DNA of 64,000 nucleotides, taken from an uncultured Actinomycetes bacterium (GTDB lineage: Bacteria > Actinomycetota > Thermoleophilia > Gaiellales > JALYLC01). The stretch covers positions 1,722 through 65,721 of the forward strand of contig CAWJTT010000023.1 in the NCBI GenBank assembly GCA_963845865.1, read 5' to 3'. Shown one piece after another: positions 29,745 to 40,073 of the stretch (position 1 is the first letter of the stretch; the number at the start of each line of letters is the position of its first letter). The notes under the pieces were generated by a model. The model did no database searches. It was not told the origin of the DNA and was given only the letters and a program-made list of their open reading frames with translations. A program made the translations under genes and the position numbers.

Positions 29745-30469
29745 TGGACTCCCAAGAGCGCATCGGTCTTCACAACCTCTCGCCGGCTCCCGGTTCCACC
29801 AAGGAGCGCAAGCGCGTCGGGCGCGGACAGGGCAGTGGCATGGGCAAGACCTCCGGGCGAGGCCAGAAGGGCCAGAAGTCCCGCTCGGGCTCGCACATGA
29901 TGCGCGCCGGGTTCATCGGTGGGCAGATGCCGCTGCACATGCAGGTGCCCAAGTTGCGCGGCGTGCATTCCAAGGACGCCATGCCGATGGGGCCGTTCCG
30001 CACGTTCACCCACGGCGTGAACGTCTCGGCGCTGGCCGGGCGCTTCGAGGCCGGTGCCGAGGTGACGCCCGAGGTGCTGCTCGCCGCGCGCGTGCTGCGC
30101 ACGCTGCGGCACCCGGTCAAGATCCTCGGTGACGGCGAGATCGGCGTGGCCCTGACCGTGCATGCGCACGGCTTCTCGGCCTCCGCGCGTCAGAAGATCG
30201 AGGCCGCGGGCGGGACCGTCGTCCTGATCGGCGGCGAGGACGTGCCCGAGCCGCCGGTGCGTGACGAGGCCAAGCGAGCGGCCGCGGAGGCTCGCGCCGC
30301 GAAGGCGCCGAAGCAGAAGCCGGCGGACGACGACGAGAACGGCGCCGACGCCGTGGCCGAGCCCACCGCCGAGGAGCCGGCGGCGGACGAGCCTCTCGCC
30401 GAGAGCGACGCGTCGGTCCCCGGTGACGAGGCAGCAGGCGACGAGACCGCCGAGGGCGACGAGGCCTGA
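29741..30469 (+). CDS. rplO: 50S ribosomal protein L15 with an approximately 78-aa acidic C-terminal extension
   Basis: 242 aa. The L15 core reads LHNLSPAPGSTKERKRVGRGQGSGMGKTSGRGQKGQKSRSG. The tail reads EDVPEPPVRDEAKRAAAEARAAKAPKQKPADDDENGADAVAEPTAEEPAADEPLAESDASVPGDEAAGDETAEGDEA. Confidence 0.94.
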   Translation: MMDSQERIGLHNLSPAPGSTKERKRVGRGQGSGMGKTSGRGQKGQKSRSGSHMMRAGFIGGQMPLHMQVPKLRGVHSKDAMPMGPFRTFTHGVNVSALAGRFEAGAEVTPEVLLAARVLRTLRHPVKILGDGEIGVALTVHAHGFSASARQKIEAAGGTVVLIGGEDVPEPPVRDEAKRAAAEARAAKAPKQKPADDDENGADAVAEPTAEEPAADEPLAESDASVPGDEAAGDETAEGDEA

Positions 30470-31746
30470 TGTTCTCCTCGCTGATGAACGTGTGGCACGT
30501 GCCCGATCTGCGGCGCCGGCTGGGCTTCACCTTCATGATCATCGCGCTCTACCGGGCCGGGTCGTGGCTGCCCGTGCCGGGCGTCAACACCAGCTCGCTG
30601 CGTGACTTCTTCGGAGGCGGCGCGAACGGCTCGATCCTCAGCGTGCTCAACATCTTCTCCGGCGGCGCGCTCGCGAACCTCTCGCTGTTCGCGCTCGGGA
30701 TCATGCCGTACATCACAGCCTCGATCATCATCCAGCTGATGCAGACCGTCGTCCCGGCGCTGGAGAAGCTGTCGAAGGAAGGCGAGTCGGGCTACAAGAA
30801 GATCACGCAGTACACGCGCTACCTGACCGTCGTGCTGGCGGCCCTCCAGTCGGCCGGCTACGTGTTCCTGTTCCACAACGGCTCGGCCATCGGCGCCAAC
30901 GACCTGTTGCCCGATCTCACCGTCGGCCGCTTCGTCCTGATCGTGACGACCCTCACGGCGGGCACGACGCTGCTCATGTGGATGGGCGAGCTGATCACCC
31001 AGCGCGGCATCGGCAACGGCATCTCCCTGCTGATCTTCGCCTCGATCCTCACCGCTGCGCCGCCTGCGATCGACGCCTGGCTCAACGGCGGCACGTTCGA
31101 GAAGCTCGCGCTCCCGATCGTGACACTCGGCGTAGTCCTCGCCGTCGTCTACATGAACGAGGGCCAGCGCCGCATCCCGATCCAGTACGCCAAGCGCCAG
31201 GTCGGCCGCCGCATGATGTCCGGAGGCTCGACCTACTTGCCCCTGCGCGTCAACATGGCGGGCGTCATCCCGGTCATCTTCGCGGTGGCCGTGCTCTTCT
31301 TCCCGTCGACCGTGGGTCAGCTGGTGCCCGGCCTGAAGCCGCTCTCGACGTTCTTCGCCCCGGGCGGGTGGCCGGCGATCATCCTCGAGTTCGTGCTGAT
31401 CATCATGTTCACGTTCCTGTACACGGCCGTCACGTTCAATCCGGTCGACCAGGCGGACAACCTCAAGAAGTACGGCGGGTTCATCCCCGGCGTCCGTCCC
31501 GGCGCCCCGACTGCCCGCTACCTCGACCGCGTGCTCACGCGGCTGACGCTGCCCGGCTCGATCTTCCTGGGGCTGATCGCCGTGCTGCCGAGCATCCTGA
31601 TCCGCTACATGGGGTTCTCGCAGGCCACCGCGCGCGGTCTCGGCGGCACGTCGATCCTGATCGTGGTGGGTGTGGCACTCGACGCGATGCGGCAGATGGA
31701 GTCGCAGCTGACGATGCGCCACTACGAGGGCGTTCTTAAGAAGTAG
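30469..31746 (+). CDS. secY: Preprotein translocase subunit SecY
   Basis: Intact 425-aa polytopic membrane ORF with FALGIMPYITASIIIQL and the other SecY motifs, in the canonical position after rplO. Confidence 0.97.
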   Translation: MFSSLMNVWHVPDLRRRLGFTFMIIALYRAGSWLPVPGVNTSSLRDFFGGGANGSILSVLNIFSGGALANLSLFALGIMPYITASIIIQLMQTVVPALEKLSKEGESGYKKITQYTRYLTVVLAALQSAGYVFLFHNGSAIGANDLLPDLTVGRFVLIVTTLTAGTTLLMWMGELITQRGIGNGISLLIFASILTAAPPAIDAWLNGGTFEKLALPIVTLGVVLAVVYMNEGQRRIPIQYAKRQVGRRMMSGGSTYLPLRVNMAGVIPVIFAVAVLFFPSTVGQLVPGLKPLSTFFAPGGWPAIILEFVLIIMFTFLYTAVTFNPVDQADNLKKYGGFIPGVRPGAPTARYLDRVLTRLTLPGSIFLGLIAVLPSILIRYMGFSQATARGLGGTSILIVVGVALDAMRQMESQLTMRHYEGVLKK

Positions 31747-31752
31747 CGCAGA

Positions 31753-32414
31753 ATGCTGGCCGTGCTCCTGTTCGGCCCGCCGGGTGCAGGCAAGGGCACC
31801 CAGGCGGCGGCCGTCGCCGCTGCGAGCGGCGTTCCGCATATCGCGACGGGCGACATGTTCCGCGAGCACCTGCGCAGCGGCAGCGACCTCGGACGCCTCG
31901 CGCGCTCCTACATGGATCGCGGCGAGCTCGTGCCCGACGACGTGACGATCGGCATGCTCGAGGCGCGGCTCGACCAGCCGGACGCGGCGCGCGGCTTCGT
32001 GCTCGACGGGTTCCCGCGCACGCTCGACCAGGCCTCTGCGCTGGACGCGCTGCTGGCGGCCGCGGCACGCGGGTCTCGGGCGTCCTCGACATCGAGGTGC
32101 ATGGCGAGGAGCTCGTGCGCCGGTTGTCCGGCCGCCTGGTCTGCCGCGAGGCGAGCCACCCCTACCACGTGACCGATGCACCGCCCGCGGTCCCCGGCAT
32201 CTGCGATATCGACGGCTCCGAGCTCTACCACCGCGATGACGACCACGAGGACGTCATCCGCAATCGCGTGGGCGTCTTCGAGCAGGAGACGCGGCCCGTG
32301 CGCGAGCACTACCGCGAGCTGGGCACGCCGATCGCGACGATCGACGGCGCCCGCGACCGCGCCGCAGTCGAGGCCGATGTGATCGCGGCCGTACTCGCGC
32401 TGGAGGACACGTGA
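31753..32414 (+). CDS. adk: Adenylate kinase; one frame break near 32062 (net -1 or +2)
   Basis: The N-terminus reads [22 protein letters not shown]...[24 protein letters not shown]. It continues in ORF 32097..32414 as (G)[26 protein letters not shown]...[15 protein letters not shown]. Length is 3n+2. Confidence 0.92.
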
Positions 32415-33211
32415 TCCTGCGCAAGTCGCGCCGCGAGCTCGAGCGCATGGCATCCGCCGGCTCGGTCGTCGCCCGGACGCTGGCGCTCCTACGCGACCGC
32501 GCCAGGCCGGGAGTGACGACGGGAGAGCTCGATGTCGTCGCGGAGGCGTTCATCCGCGACCAGGGCGGCGTGCCCACGTTCAAGGGCTACCACGGCTTCC
32601 CGGCCTCGATCTGCGCCTCGCCCAACGACATGGTCGTGCACGGGATCCCGGGCTCCTACGCGCTCCGCCAGGGCGACGTCCTGTCGGTCGACGTGGGCGT
32701 CACGCTGCGAGGCTGGGTGGCCGACTCGGGCTACACGTTCTGGGTCGGCGAGGGCGAGCCTCCCGAGGACGTGCGACGCCTGCTCACGGCCTGCAGGGCC
32801 TCGCTGTTCGCGGCTGTCGAGCAATGCGTCGACGGCCACCACCTGTCCGACCTCGGGCATGCGGTACAGACGCGCGTGGAGGCCGACGGCTTCGGGGTGA
32901 TCCGCTCGCTCGTCGGGCATGGCGTGGGGCGGCGCATGCACGAGGACCCGCAGATCCCGAACTACGGGCCGCCCGGCCGGGGCCAGGTGCTGCGCCCCGG
33001 CATGACGCTGGCCGTCGAGCCGATGATCACCGCGAGTGGCGTGACCGACGTGCAGCTCGACGAGGGCGACGGATGGTCGATCTACAGCGCCGATCACTCG
33101 CTCACGGCGCACTACGAGCACACGGTCGCGGTGACCGATGACGGGCCGCTCATCCTGACCCGCCACGACGGCTGGTCGCCGGTCGACGACGAGGTGGGCG
33201 GCGCCCCGTGA
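32411..33211 (+). CDS. map: Type I methionine aminopeptidase
   Basis: 266 aa, GTG start overlapping the adk stop. Motifs include FKGYHGFPASICASPNDMVVHGIP, DVGVTL, VGHGVG and EPMI. Confidence 0.95.
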   Translation: MILRKSRRELERMASAGSVVARTLALLRDRARPGVTTGELDVVAEAFIRDQGGVPTFKGYHGFPASICASPNDMVVHGIPGSYALRQGDVLSVDVGVTLRGWVADSGYTFWVGEGEPPEDVRRLLTACRASLFAAVEQCVDGHHLSDLGHAVQTRVEADGFGVIRSLVGHGVGRRMHEDPQIPNYGPPGRGQVLRPGMTLAVEPMITASGVTDVQLDEGDGWSIYSADHSLTAHYEHTVAVTDDGPLILTRHDGWSPVDDEVGGAP

Positions 33212-33323
33212 CCGCGGTCGCGGACGCGCTCCTCTGCTACCATGCAGCTTCGCGCTTTGCCGCTGCATGCCCGCTGGGCATGCGCGACGGAGGCGCTCTC
33301 TCCGTTGTATGTGAAAGGGAATC

Positions 33324-33437
33324 GTGAAGGTCAGGGCGAGCGTCAAACCCATGTGCGACAAGTGCCGCGTCATCCGCCGGCACGGACGCGTCATGGTGAT
33401 CTGTCCCAACCCCCGCCACAAGCAGCGGCAGGGCTGA
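33324..33437 (+). CDS. rpmJ: 50S ribosomal protein L36 (Cys-containing form)
   Basis: Not in the ORF track because it is under 60 aa. GTG at 33324 follows AAAGGGA. The product is [37 protein letters not shown], with TGA at 33435-33437, 3 nt before rpsM. Confidence 0.93.
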   Translation: MKVRASVKPMCDKCRVIRRHGRVMVICPNPRHKQRQG

Positions 33438-33440
33438 GCG

Positions 33441-33812
33441 ATGGCACGGATCGCAGGCGTCAACCTTCCCCGCGAGAAGCGCGTCGAGATCGGCCTGACG
33501 TACATCTTCGGCATCGGGCGCTCGACCTCGCAGTCGGTCCTGAGCTCGCTCGAGATCGATCGCGACACCAAGGTGCGCGACCTGACCGAGGAAGAGGTCT
33601 CCAAGCTGCGCGGCTACATCGACCAGAACCTCATGGTCGAGGGCGACCTGCGCCGTGATCGCTCTCAGAACATCAAGCGCCTGATGGAGATCGGCTGCTA
33701 TCGCGGGTTGCGTCACCGCCGCGGGCTGCCGGTCCACGGTCAGCGCACGAAGACGAATGCGCGCACCCGCAAGGGGCCGAAGAAGACCGTCGGCAAGCAG
33801 CGCAAGAAGTAG
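33441..33812 (+). CDS. rpsM: 30S ribosomal protein S13
   Basis: 123 aa, [34 protein letters not shown]... Confidence 0.97.
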   Translation: MARIAGVNLPREKRVEIGLTYIFGIGRSTSQSVLSSLEIDRDTKVRDLTEEEVSKLRGYIDQNLMVEGDLRRDRSQNIKRLMEIGCYRGLRHRRGLPVHGQRTKTNARTRKGPKKTVGKQRKK

Positions 33813-33860
33813 GACTTCGGGTGCGGACACCGCGCCCGAGAAAGGAACGAGGAACCCGCA

Positions 33861-34268
33861 TTGCCCCCTGCCCCCCGTCGCACCGCGGCGCGTAGCCGCG
33901 CCCGACGCAAGGCCCGTAAGAACATCGCCGTCGGCCAGGCGCATATCAAGACGTCCTTCAACAACACGATCGTCGCGATCACCGATCGCGAAGGCAACGT
34001 GATCGTGTGGAAGTCGGCCGGCGGCGCAGGCTTCAAGGGCTCGCGCAAGTCGACGCCGTTCGCCGCCCAGGTGACGGCCGACGCCTGCGCGCGCGAGGGC
34101 ATGGAGCACGGCCTGCAGAAGGTCGAGGTCTTCGTCAAGGGCCCGGGGTCCGGACGCGATACGGCCGTGCGCTCGCTGCAGGCCGCCGGGCTCGAGGTCA
34201 TCTCGGTCAAGGACGTCACCCCGCAAGCCCACAACGGCTGCCGCCCGCGCAAGCGGCGGCGGGTCTAG
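33861..34268 (+). CDS. rpsK: 30S ribosomal protein S11 (TTG start)
   Basis: 135 aa, ...[50 protein letters not shown]. Confidence 0.95.
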   Translation: MPPAPRRTAARSRARRKARKNIAVGQAHIKTSFNNTIVAITDREGNVIVWKSAGGAGFKGSRKSTPFAAQVTADACAREGMEHGLQKVEVFVKGPGSGRDTAVRSLQAAGLEVISVKDVTPQAHNGCRPRKRRRV

Positions 34269-34278
34269 GCGGTCCGGC

Positions 34279-34899
34279 ATGGCCCGCTCCACCGACGCCA
34301 AGTGCAAGAAGTGCCGCCGCGAGGGCATGAAGCTGTTCCTCAAGGGCGAACGCTGCCTGACGGAGAAGTGCGGCGTCGAGCGCCGCGCGTATCCGCCCGG
34401 TCAGCATGGCCGAGGCCGAATCAAGCAGAGCGAGTACCTGCTCCAGTTGCGCGAGAAGCAGAAGGCGCGCCGCTACTACGGCGTGCTCGAGAAGCAGTTC
34501 GCGAACTACTACGACAAGGCGAGCCGCAAGCAGGGCATCACGGGTGAGAACCTCCTGCGCATGCTCGAGACGCGTCTCGACAACGTCGTCTACCGGCTCG
34601 GCTTCGCCGCCTCCCGCGCACAGGCGAGGCAGCTCGTGCGTCACGGCCACTTTCACGTCAACGGCCGGCGCGTGAACATCCCGTCGTTCCACGTCCGGCC
34701 CAACGATCTCGTGAACATCCGCCCGAACTCCAGCGCCGAGGCGGTCATTCGCGATGCGACCGATCTCACGTCGTCGGTCGCGAGCTGGTTGCTTGCCGAT
34801 CACGACAATCTCACCGGCAAGGTCCTGCGCCTCCCCGAGCGTGTCGAGATCGACACGCCGGTCCAGGAGCAGCTGATCGTCGAGCTCTACTCCAAGTAG
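34279..34899 (+). CDS. rpsD: 30S ribosomal protein S4
   Basis: 206 aa, [31 protein letters not shown]...YGVLEKQF. Confidence 0.97.
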   Translation: MARSTDAKCKKCRREGMKLFLKGERCLTEKCGVERRAYPPGQHGRGRIKQSEYLLQLREKQKARRYYGVLEKQFANYYDKASRKQGITGENLLRMLETRLDNVVYRLGFAASRAQARQLVRHGHFHVNGRRVNIPSFHVRPNDLVNIRPNSSAEAVIRDATDLTSSVASWLLADHDNLTGKVLRLPERVEIDTPVQEQLIVELYSK

Positions 34900-34952
34900 C
34901 GCTCGCAGCCGCTGTTCCTGTCCGCACTCCCGCCCGTCCGGAGACTTTCCGA

Positions 34953-35921
34953 ATGCCTGCACTGATGGACTTCCAGATTCCGAAGATCACGCACGAGGAC
35001 GTGACGCCCACGCATGGGGCGTTCGTGATCGAGCCGCTCGACCGCGGCTTCGGCCATACCTACGGCAACTCGCTGCGTCGCGTGCTGCTCTCGACGATCG
35101 AGGGCACAGCCGTGACCTCGGTCAAGATCGAGGGCGTCGCGCACGAGTTCTCGTCGATCAAGGGCGTCCGCGAGGACGTCACCGACATCATCCTGAACCT
35201 CAAGGGTCTCGTCGCGCGCCTGCACGGCGAGATCTCCGACATCGAGGCCAGGATCCTCAAGGAGGGCCCCGGCGTCGTCACGGCCGCAGACATCGACGCG
35301 AGCTCCGAGCTCGAGATCCTCAACCCGGAGCTCGAGATCTGCCACCTCGCCGAGGGCGCGCGCCTGGAGATGATGCTCACGATCGGCCGCGGTCGCGGCT
35401 ACGTCGCCGCCGACGGCAACAAGGGGCCCGAGACGACGATCGGGATGATTCCGGTCGACTCGATCTTCTCGCCCGTGCGCCGCGTCTCGGTGCACGTCGA
35501 CTCGGCCCGCGTCGGCCAGCGCACCGACTACGACAAGCTGACGCTCGACATCTACACCGACGGCTCGGTGACCCCGCGCGAGGCGGTCGAGCAGGCCGCC
35601 GAGGTGCTGATCCGCCAGCTCGCCATCTTCACGAACATCGACACGAGCGATCTCACGAGCCTGGCGGCGGCCTCGCCCGTCGGCGCGCTCGAGCCCGAGA
35701 TGCCCGAGGCCCACGGGATGGAGAACATCCTGATCGAGGAACTCGAGCTCGGCGTCCGCTCGTACAACTGCCTCAAGCGGGTCGGCATCGAGACGATCGG
35801 CGACTTGATCTCCAAGACCGAGCAGGAGCTCGCGGCGATCCCGAACTTCGGCAAGAAGTCGATCGAGGAGGTGCGCGAGACGCTCGCCGTGCACAGCCTC
35901 AAGCTGCGGGGTGACGACTGA
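34953..35921 (+). CDS. rpoA: DNA-directed RNA polymerase subunit alpha
   Basis: 322 aa, ...[28 protein letters not shown], with the C-terminal domain [23 protein letters not shown]. Confidence 0.97.
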   Translation: MPALMDFQIPKITHEDVTPTHGAFVIEPLDRGFGHTYGNSLRRVLLSTIEGTAVTSVKIEGVAHEFSSIKGVREDVTDIILNLKGLVARLHGEISDIEARILKEGPGVVTAADIDASSELEILNPELEICHLAEGARLEMMLTIGRGRGYVAADGNKGPETTIGMIPVDSIFSPVRRVSVHVDSARVGQRTDYDKLTLDIYTDGSVTPREAVEQAAEVLIRQLAIFTNIDTSDLTSLAAASPVGALEPEMPEAHGMENILIEELELGVRSYNCLKRVGIETIGDLISKTEQELAAIPNFGKKSIEEVRETLAVHSLKLRGDD

Positions 35922-36271
35922 TGCGACACCAGAAGCGGGGGCGAAAGCTCGGGCGCGACAGCGCGCACCGCAAATCGCTCTACGCCAATCTGACGTCCGA
36001 GCTGATCCAGCACGGGCGCATCCGCACGACACTCGCCAAGGCCAAGGAAGTGCGGCCCGTGGCCGAGCAGATGATCACGCTGGGCAAGCGCGGAGACCTC
36101 CACGCTCGCCGGCAGGCCGTCGCGTTCCTGCGTCAGAAGCCGGTCGTCAAGAGCCTCTTCGAGGACGTTGCTCCGCGCTATGCGGAGCGGTCGGGCGGCT
36201 ACACGCGGATCATCAAGCTCGGGCCGCGTCTCGGCGACGCGGCCGAGATGGCGTACATCGAGCTCGTCTGA
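35921..36271 (+). CDS. rplQ: 50S ribosomal protein L17
   Basis: 116 aa, [45 protein letters not shown]. Confidence 0.97.
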   Translation: MRHQKRGRKLGRDSAHRKSLYANLTSELIQHGRIRTTLAKAKEVRPVAEQMITLGKRGDLHARRQAVAFLRQKPVVKSLFEDVAPRYAERSGGYTRIIKLGPRLGDAAEMAYIELV

Positions 36272-36284
36272 GCGGAGGCCAGCC

Positions 36285-36755
36285 GTGGCCACCGTGCGCA
36301 CGGACGCCTACCAGCTGACGCTCCCCGCGGGCTGGTCCGACCGCACCGCCGTCACGATCGTCGCGCCCGCGGCGAGCGACGGGTCGGTTCCCAATCTCGT
36401 GATCACGCGCGAGGCGCTGTGCAGCGGCATGGGCCTCGCAGGGTTCGCCGACGGTCATGCCAACCTCATGCGCGATCAGGTCGACACCTACGAGCTGCTC
36501 TCGAACGGCTGGGAGGCCCTGGACGGGGAGCGCGCACTCGTGCGCACGGTGCGCTTCCAGGTCGCGGACTCGACTCCGCTCGTGCAGCTGCAGGCGTTCT
36601 TCGTCCGCGACGGTCTCGGCTACGCCATCTGCGGCACCGCGACGGAGGAGGTGTTCGCAGAGTTCGAGCCGGCCTTCCGCGGCGTGCTCGACGGCCTGCG
36701 CTTCACTGGGCCGGGCACGGCTGCATCCGATGCGCTCCAGGTGCTGCGCGGGTGA
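36285..36755 (+). CDS. Hypothetical protein (possibly DcrB/DUF1795-like fold)
   Basis: GTG at 36285 follows GCGGAGG. The 156-aa product begins VATVRTDAYQLTLPAGWSDRTAVTIVAP. It is protein-like, but the family assignment is weak. Confidence 0.5.
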   Translation: MATVRTDAYQLTLPAGWSDRTAVTIVAPAASDGSVPNLVITREALCSGMGLAGFADGHANLMRDQVDTYELLSNGWEALDGERALVRTVRFQVADSTPLVQLQAFFVRDGLGYAICGTATEEVFAEFEPAFRGVLDGLRFTGPGTAASDALQVLRG

Positions 36756-37180
36756 GCGCGCGGAGCCCGTTCGACGACCGGCCCGCGATCGGCATCGCGC
36801 TCGTTCGCTTCGGCCTCGCGCTGCTGGTGATCCTTGCCGGCGTCTTCCAGGTTCAGCGCCATCACGCCGCGGTGGCCGATGCACGCGTCTGGGGCCTGCC
36901 TTCGCCGGGCTTCTCCGGCATCGCCCTGCCCGTCGCGGCCATCGTCCTCGGCGTGATCCTGCTGCTCGGCATCGCCCCGCGCCTGGCGGCCTGGCTGATC
37001 CTGGCCGAGGCCATTCTCGTCATGATCGTCGGCGGCCGCACCGACGGCGGCTTCTATCTCACGTTGCCACCCGTCATCATGCTGCTCGCCCTGATCGTGA
37101 TCGGCGCGGGAGGCGGGCGCTGGGCGCTCGTCGATCGCCTCGATCCGCCGCGCCAGCGGCAGCTCGAACGCTCGCAGTGA
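36752..37180 (+). CDS. Small integral membrane protein (DoxX-like)
   Basis: GTG at 36752 in a GTGA overlap. The 142-aa product has 3-4 hydrophobic helices (IGIALVRFGLALLVILAGVF..., IALPVAAIVLGVILLLGIAP...). Confidence 0.5.
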   Translation: MSARSPFDDRPAIGIALVRFGLALLVILAGVFQVQRHHAAVADARVWGLPSPGFSGIALPVAAIVLGVILLLGIAPRLAAWLILAEAILVMIVGGRTDGGFYLTLPPVIMLLALIVIGAGGGRWALVDRLDPPRQRQLERSQ

Positions 37181-37926
37181 CGGTCCTCAGGCTCGATCTC
37201 GAGTACGACGGCGCGGACTTCCACGGCTGGGCTGCTCAACCTGGCCTGCGCACGGTCGAGGGGGTGCTGACCGACGCCCTGCGTGTGTTCTGGCCGCACA
37301 GCGGGCGCCCGGCGGTTGCCGGACGCACGGACGCGGGCGTGCACGCTTCGGGACAGGTCGCGACGGTCGAGGCGGCCGAGGGCGGCCTGGAGGTCGCGCG
37401 GGTGCCGGATGCGCTCAACGCGCACCTGCCGCCCGACGTCGCGGTGATCCGCTGCGCGCGTGCTCCCGACGGGTTCCACGCGCGCTTCTCGGCGCGCTCG
37501 CGCGTGTATGACTATCGCGTGCTGCGCACGCGCGCGCCGTCGCCGCTGCGGGCCGCGCGCACGCTGCACTGGCCGCGCGAGGTCTCGGTGGAGCAGCTCG
37601 CGGCCTGTGCCGCGCGGTTGCCCGGCGCGCACGACTTCCGCGCCTTCACTCCGGCAGAGACCCAGCACGACGTCTTCCACCGCATCGTCCTGGCAGCGGA
37701 GTGGGAGGCCCGCGGTGACGAGCTCCTGTTCCGCATCGAGGCCGACTCGTTCCTGCGCCACATGGTGCGCACGCTGGTCGGCACGATGCTGCAGACAGCG
37801 AGCGGCGAGCGCCCGCTCGAGCCCTTTGCGCGCCTGCTCGAGGGCGCGCCCCGCGCCGCGGCGGGATTCACAGCGCCGCCGCATGCGCTCTGCCTCGTCG
37901 GCGTGCGCTACGACAACACAAACTGA
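37177..37926 (+). CDS. truA: tRNA pseudouridine(38-40) synthase TruA
   Basis: GTG at 37177 in a GTGA overlap. The product contains RLDLEYDGADFHGWAAQPG...AGRTDAGVHASGQVA...FLRHMVRTLVG and is 249 aa. Confidence 0.9.
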   Translation: MTVLRLDLEYDGADFHGWAAQPGLRTVEGVLTDALRVFWPHSGRPAVAGRTDAGVHASGQVATVEAAEGGLEVARVPDALNAHLPPDVAVIRCARAPDGFHARFSARSRVYDYRVLRTRAPSPLRAARTLHWPREVSVEQLAACAARLPGAHDFRAFTPAETQHDVFHRIVLAAEWEARGDELLFRIEADSFLRHMVRTLVGTMLQTASGERPLEPFARLLEGAPRAAAGFTAPPHALCLVGVRYDNTN

Positions 37927-37984
37927 ACGTGCCGCGTTCTACCATCCAAGGTGCCGGAAGGCGGTGGCCCGGCGACAGTCCGTA

Positions 37985-38881
37985 ATGCCCGCCGCAGGAA
38001 AGGTGACACCCGTGAACGTGACCGCGACCCGCTTCTCGACCCAGGCTCGCACCTGGGTCCTGATCGCAGGTTTGTCGGCCTTGCTGATCGCAATCGGGGG
38101 ACGCTTCCTCGGTGGCGCCGGCTACCTGTTGTTCGGCGGCATCGCCGTCGCCTTCGTGTTCGTCTCGTACTGGTTCTCGGACCGCTTCGCGATCCGCTCG
38201 AGCCATGCGCAGCCGATCTCCGAGGCCGACGATCCCCGCCTGTACGCGATCGTCAGCGATCTGGCGCAGCGCGCCGGGGTGCCGATGCCGCGTGTCTACA
38301 TGATCCCGTCGGAGCAACCGAACGCGTTCGCGACGGGACGCAACCCCAAGCACGCCGCCGTGGCCGTGACCGTGGGGCTACGCAAGTACCTGCCGGAAGA
38401 TCAGATCCGCGGCGTGCTGGCCCACGAGTTCGCGCACATCAAGAACCGTGACATCCTGGTCAGCTCGATCGCGGCCATGATCGCATCGGCGATCTCGGCC
38501 ATCGCAAACGTCCTCCAGTTCGGGATGATCTTCGGCGGCGGCTCCGACAACCGCGACAGCCCGTTCGGCGGCCTGGCCGCCCTGGCGACCGTGATCATCG
38601 CGCCGATCGCTGCGATGATCCTCCAACTCGGCGTCTCCCGTCAGCGCGAGTATCTGGCCGATGCGACTGGCGCCGCCCTGATCGGCGACAGCAAGCCACT
38701 CGCCGATGCGCTCGAGACGCTCGAGCGCGGCGTGGCTGCGATCCCCATGCCCGTCACCCCGGCGACGGCCACGATGTACATCGCCAATCCGCTTCGCCAT
38801 CACGGCGTGGCGTCCCTGTTCCAGACGCACCCTCCGATGGAGGAGCGCATCCGCCGCCTGCGCGCGCTGCGCCTCTCCTGA
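37985..38881 (+). CDS. htpX: Protease HtpX homolog (M48 zinc metalloprotease); start may be GTG 38012
   Basis: HEFAHIKNRD motif, four TM segments and the C-terminal LFQTHPPMEERIRRL. AGGAAAGG lies at 37996-38003. Confidence 0.9.
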   Translation: MPAAGKVTPVNVTATRFSTQARTWVLIAGLSALLIAIGGRFLGGAGYLLFGGIAVAFVFVSYWFSDRFAIRSSHAQPISEADDPRLYAIVSDLAQRAGVPMPRVYMIPSEQPNAFATGRNPKHAAVAVTVGLRKYLPEDQIRGVLAHEFAHIKNRDILVSSIAAMIASAISAIANVLQFGMIFGGGSDNRDSPFGGLAALATVIIAPIAAMILQLGVSRQREYLADATGAALIGDSKPLADALETLERGVAAIPMPVTPATATMYIANPLRHHGVASLFQTHPPMEERIRRLRALRLS

Positions 38882-38939
38882 ACTGGTTTCAAGAGTCGCG
38901 TGGCGTTCGGAGGTCTCACACGGGACTTTGAACCCAGTT
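38881..38939. terminator. Imperfect 16-bp inverted repeat between convergent htpX and the Ca2+/H+ exchanger gene (bidirectional terminator-like)
   Basis: AACTGGTTTCAAGAGTC...GACTTTGAACCCAGTT are relatively AT-rich arms with two mismatches and a 26-nt loop. Confidence 0.4.
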
Positions 38940-38972
38940 CTTAGCCGTGCTCGCCGCGCTCGTCCGAGCTCG

Positions 38973-40046
38973 TCAGAGGTACCAGAAGGCGAGCGCGGCG
39001 ATCACGTAGATCGCGAGCAACTCGAGCCCCTCGAGCCAGTTGGCCCTGCCCACGCTCGTCAGGATCGCCGTCATGATCGTGGCCGCTCCCAGCAGCGCGA
39101 GCTCGATCGGCGGAAAGACGATCAGCACCTGGTGGTCGAGCAGGGCGCCGGCGGCGACGGCGATGGCCGTGCCCGCCAGGGCGACCTGCAGGCCCGAGTT
39201 GAACGCGATGCTCATCGAGAAGTCGAGGTTGCCCGCACGCGCGATGCGCACCGCGGCCCAGTGCTCCGGCACGTTCCCGACGAGGGGCACGACGACCATG
39301 CCGATGAAGACGGTGCCGATCCCGAGCTCCTCGATCGTCGGCTCGATTGCGGAGACGAGTAGCTCCGACATCGCCCCGGTGACGACCGCCGTGATGGCCA
39401 GCGTGATCAGCGCGGCGCCCGCCCCCCAGCCGGCGCTGCCCTTGTGGCCGTGCGGCGAGGGCGGCTGCGTGAAGGAGTAGATCAGGTAGGCCGCGTAGAG
39501 CACCACCATGACGATCGCGACGCCGTAGGAGAGCGCGACCTGCTCGTGATGGGTCGTGTCGTGGAGGGAGTCGAAGAGCGACGGCAGTCCGAGCGCGACC
39601 GCGGCGAGCGTCAGCATCGATGCATTGGTGCCGACGCTGCGCTGGTCGAACGGCATGCTCCCGTTGCGCAGGCCGCCGAGCAGGATGGACGCGCCCAGCA
39701 CCAGCAGGATGTTGCCGATGACCGAGCCGATGATCGAGGCGCGTGCGACGTCGATCAGGCCCGCGCGCACGGTCAGCACGACGATGATGAGCTCGGGCAG
39801 GTTGCCGAACGTGGCGTTGAGCAGTGATGCGAGGCGCGGCCCCGAGGCGGTTCCCGCCTGGTCGGTCGCCTCGCCGAGCACGTAGGCGAGTGCCATCACG
39901 CTCGCGGCGGCCGCGACGAAGACGACTGCCCCCGAGGCCCCGGCCGCTTTCAGCGCGAGGGCTCCGAGAGAGGCCGCAGCAGCCACTCCAAAGGAAATCA
40001 AGTCCGGCCGGGAGAACCGCGAGGGCGCGCTTGTTCTGGCCGACAC
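38973..40046 (-). CDS. Ca2+/H+ exchanger, CaCA (ChaA/CAX) family; start uncertain (the ORF extends to 40139)
   Basis: Two alpha-repeats, GNLPELIIVVLTVRAG and GNVPEHWAAVRIARAG, in a polytopic membrane protein. GTG 40046 avoids overlap with divergent surE. Confidence 0.85.
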   Translation of the reverse strand: MSARTSAPSRFSRPDLISFGVAAAASLGALALKAAGASGAVVFVAAAASVMALAYVLGEATDQAGTASGPRLASLLNATFGNLPELIIVVLTVRAGLIDVARASIIGSVIGNILLVLGASILLGGLRNGSMPFDQRSVGTNASMLTLAAVALGLPSLFDSLHDTTHHEQVALSYGVAIVMVVLYAAYLIYSFTQPPSPHGHKGSAGWGAGAALITLAITAVVTGAMSELLVSAIEPTIEELGIGTVFIGMVVVPLVGNVPEHWAAVRIARAGNLDFSMSIAFNSGLQVALAGTAIAVAAGALLDHQVLIVFPPIELALLGAATIMTAILTSVGRANWLEGLELLAIYVIAALAFWYL

Positions 40047-40073
40047 GGTGAGGACTCTATCCTGCCCGAGGTC

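Noticed and set aside
32100-32200. The adenylate kinase lid has only an incomplete zinc-binding set (C...A...C-D instead of CxxC...CxxC/D).
   Set aside because: Lid variants lacking the full Cys set are common among bacterial Adk proteins, so this is not informative on its own.
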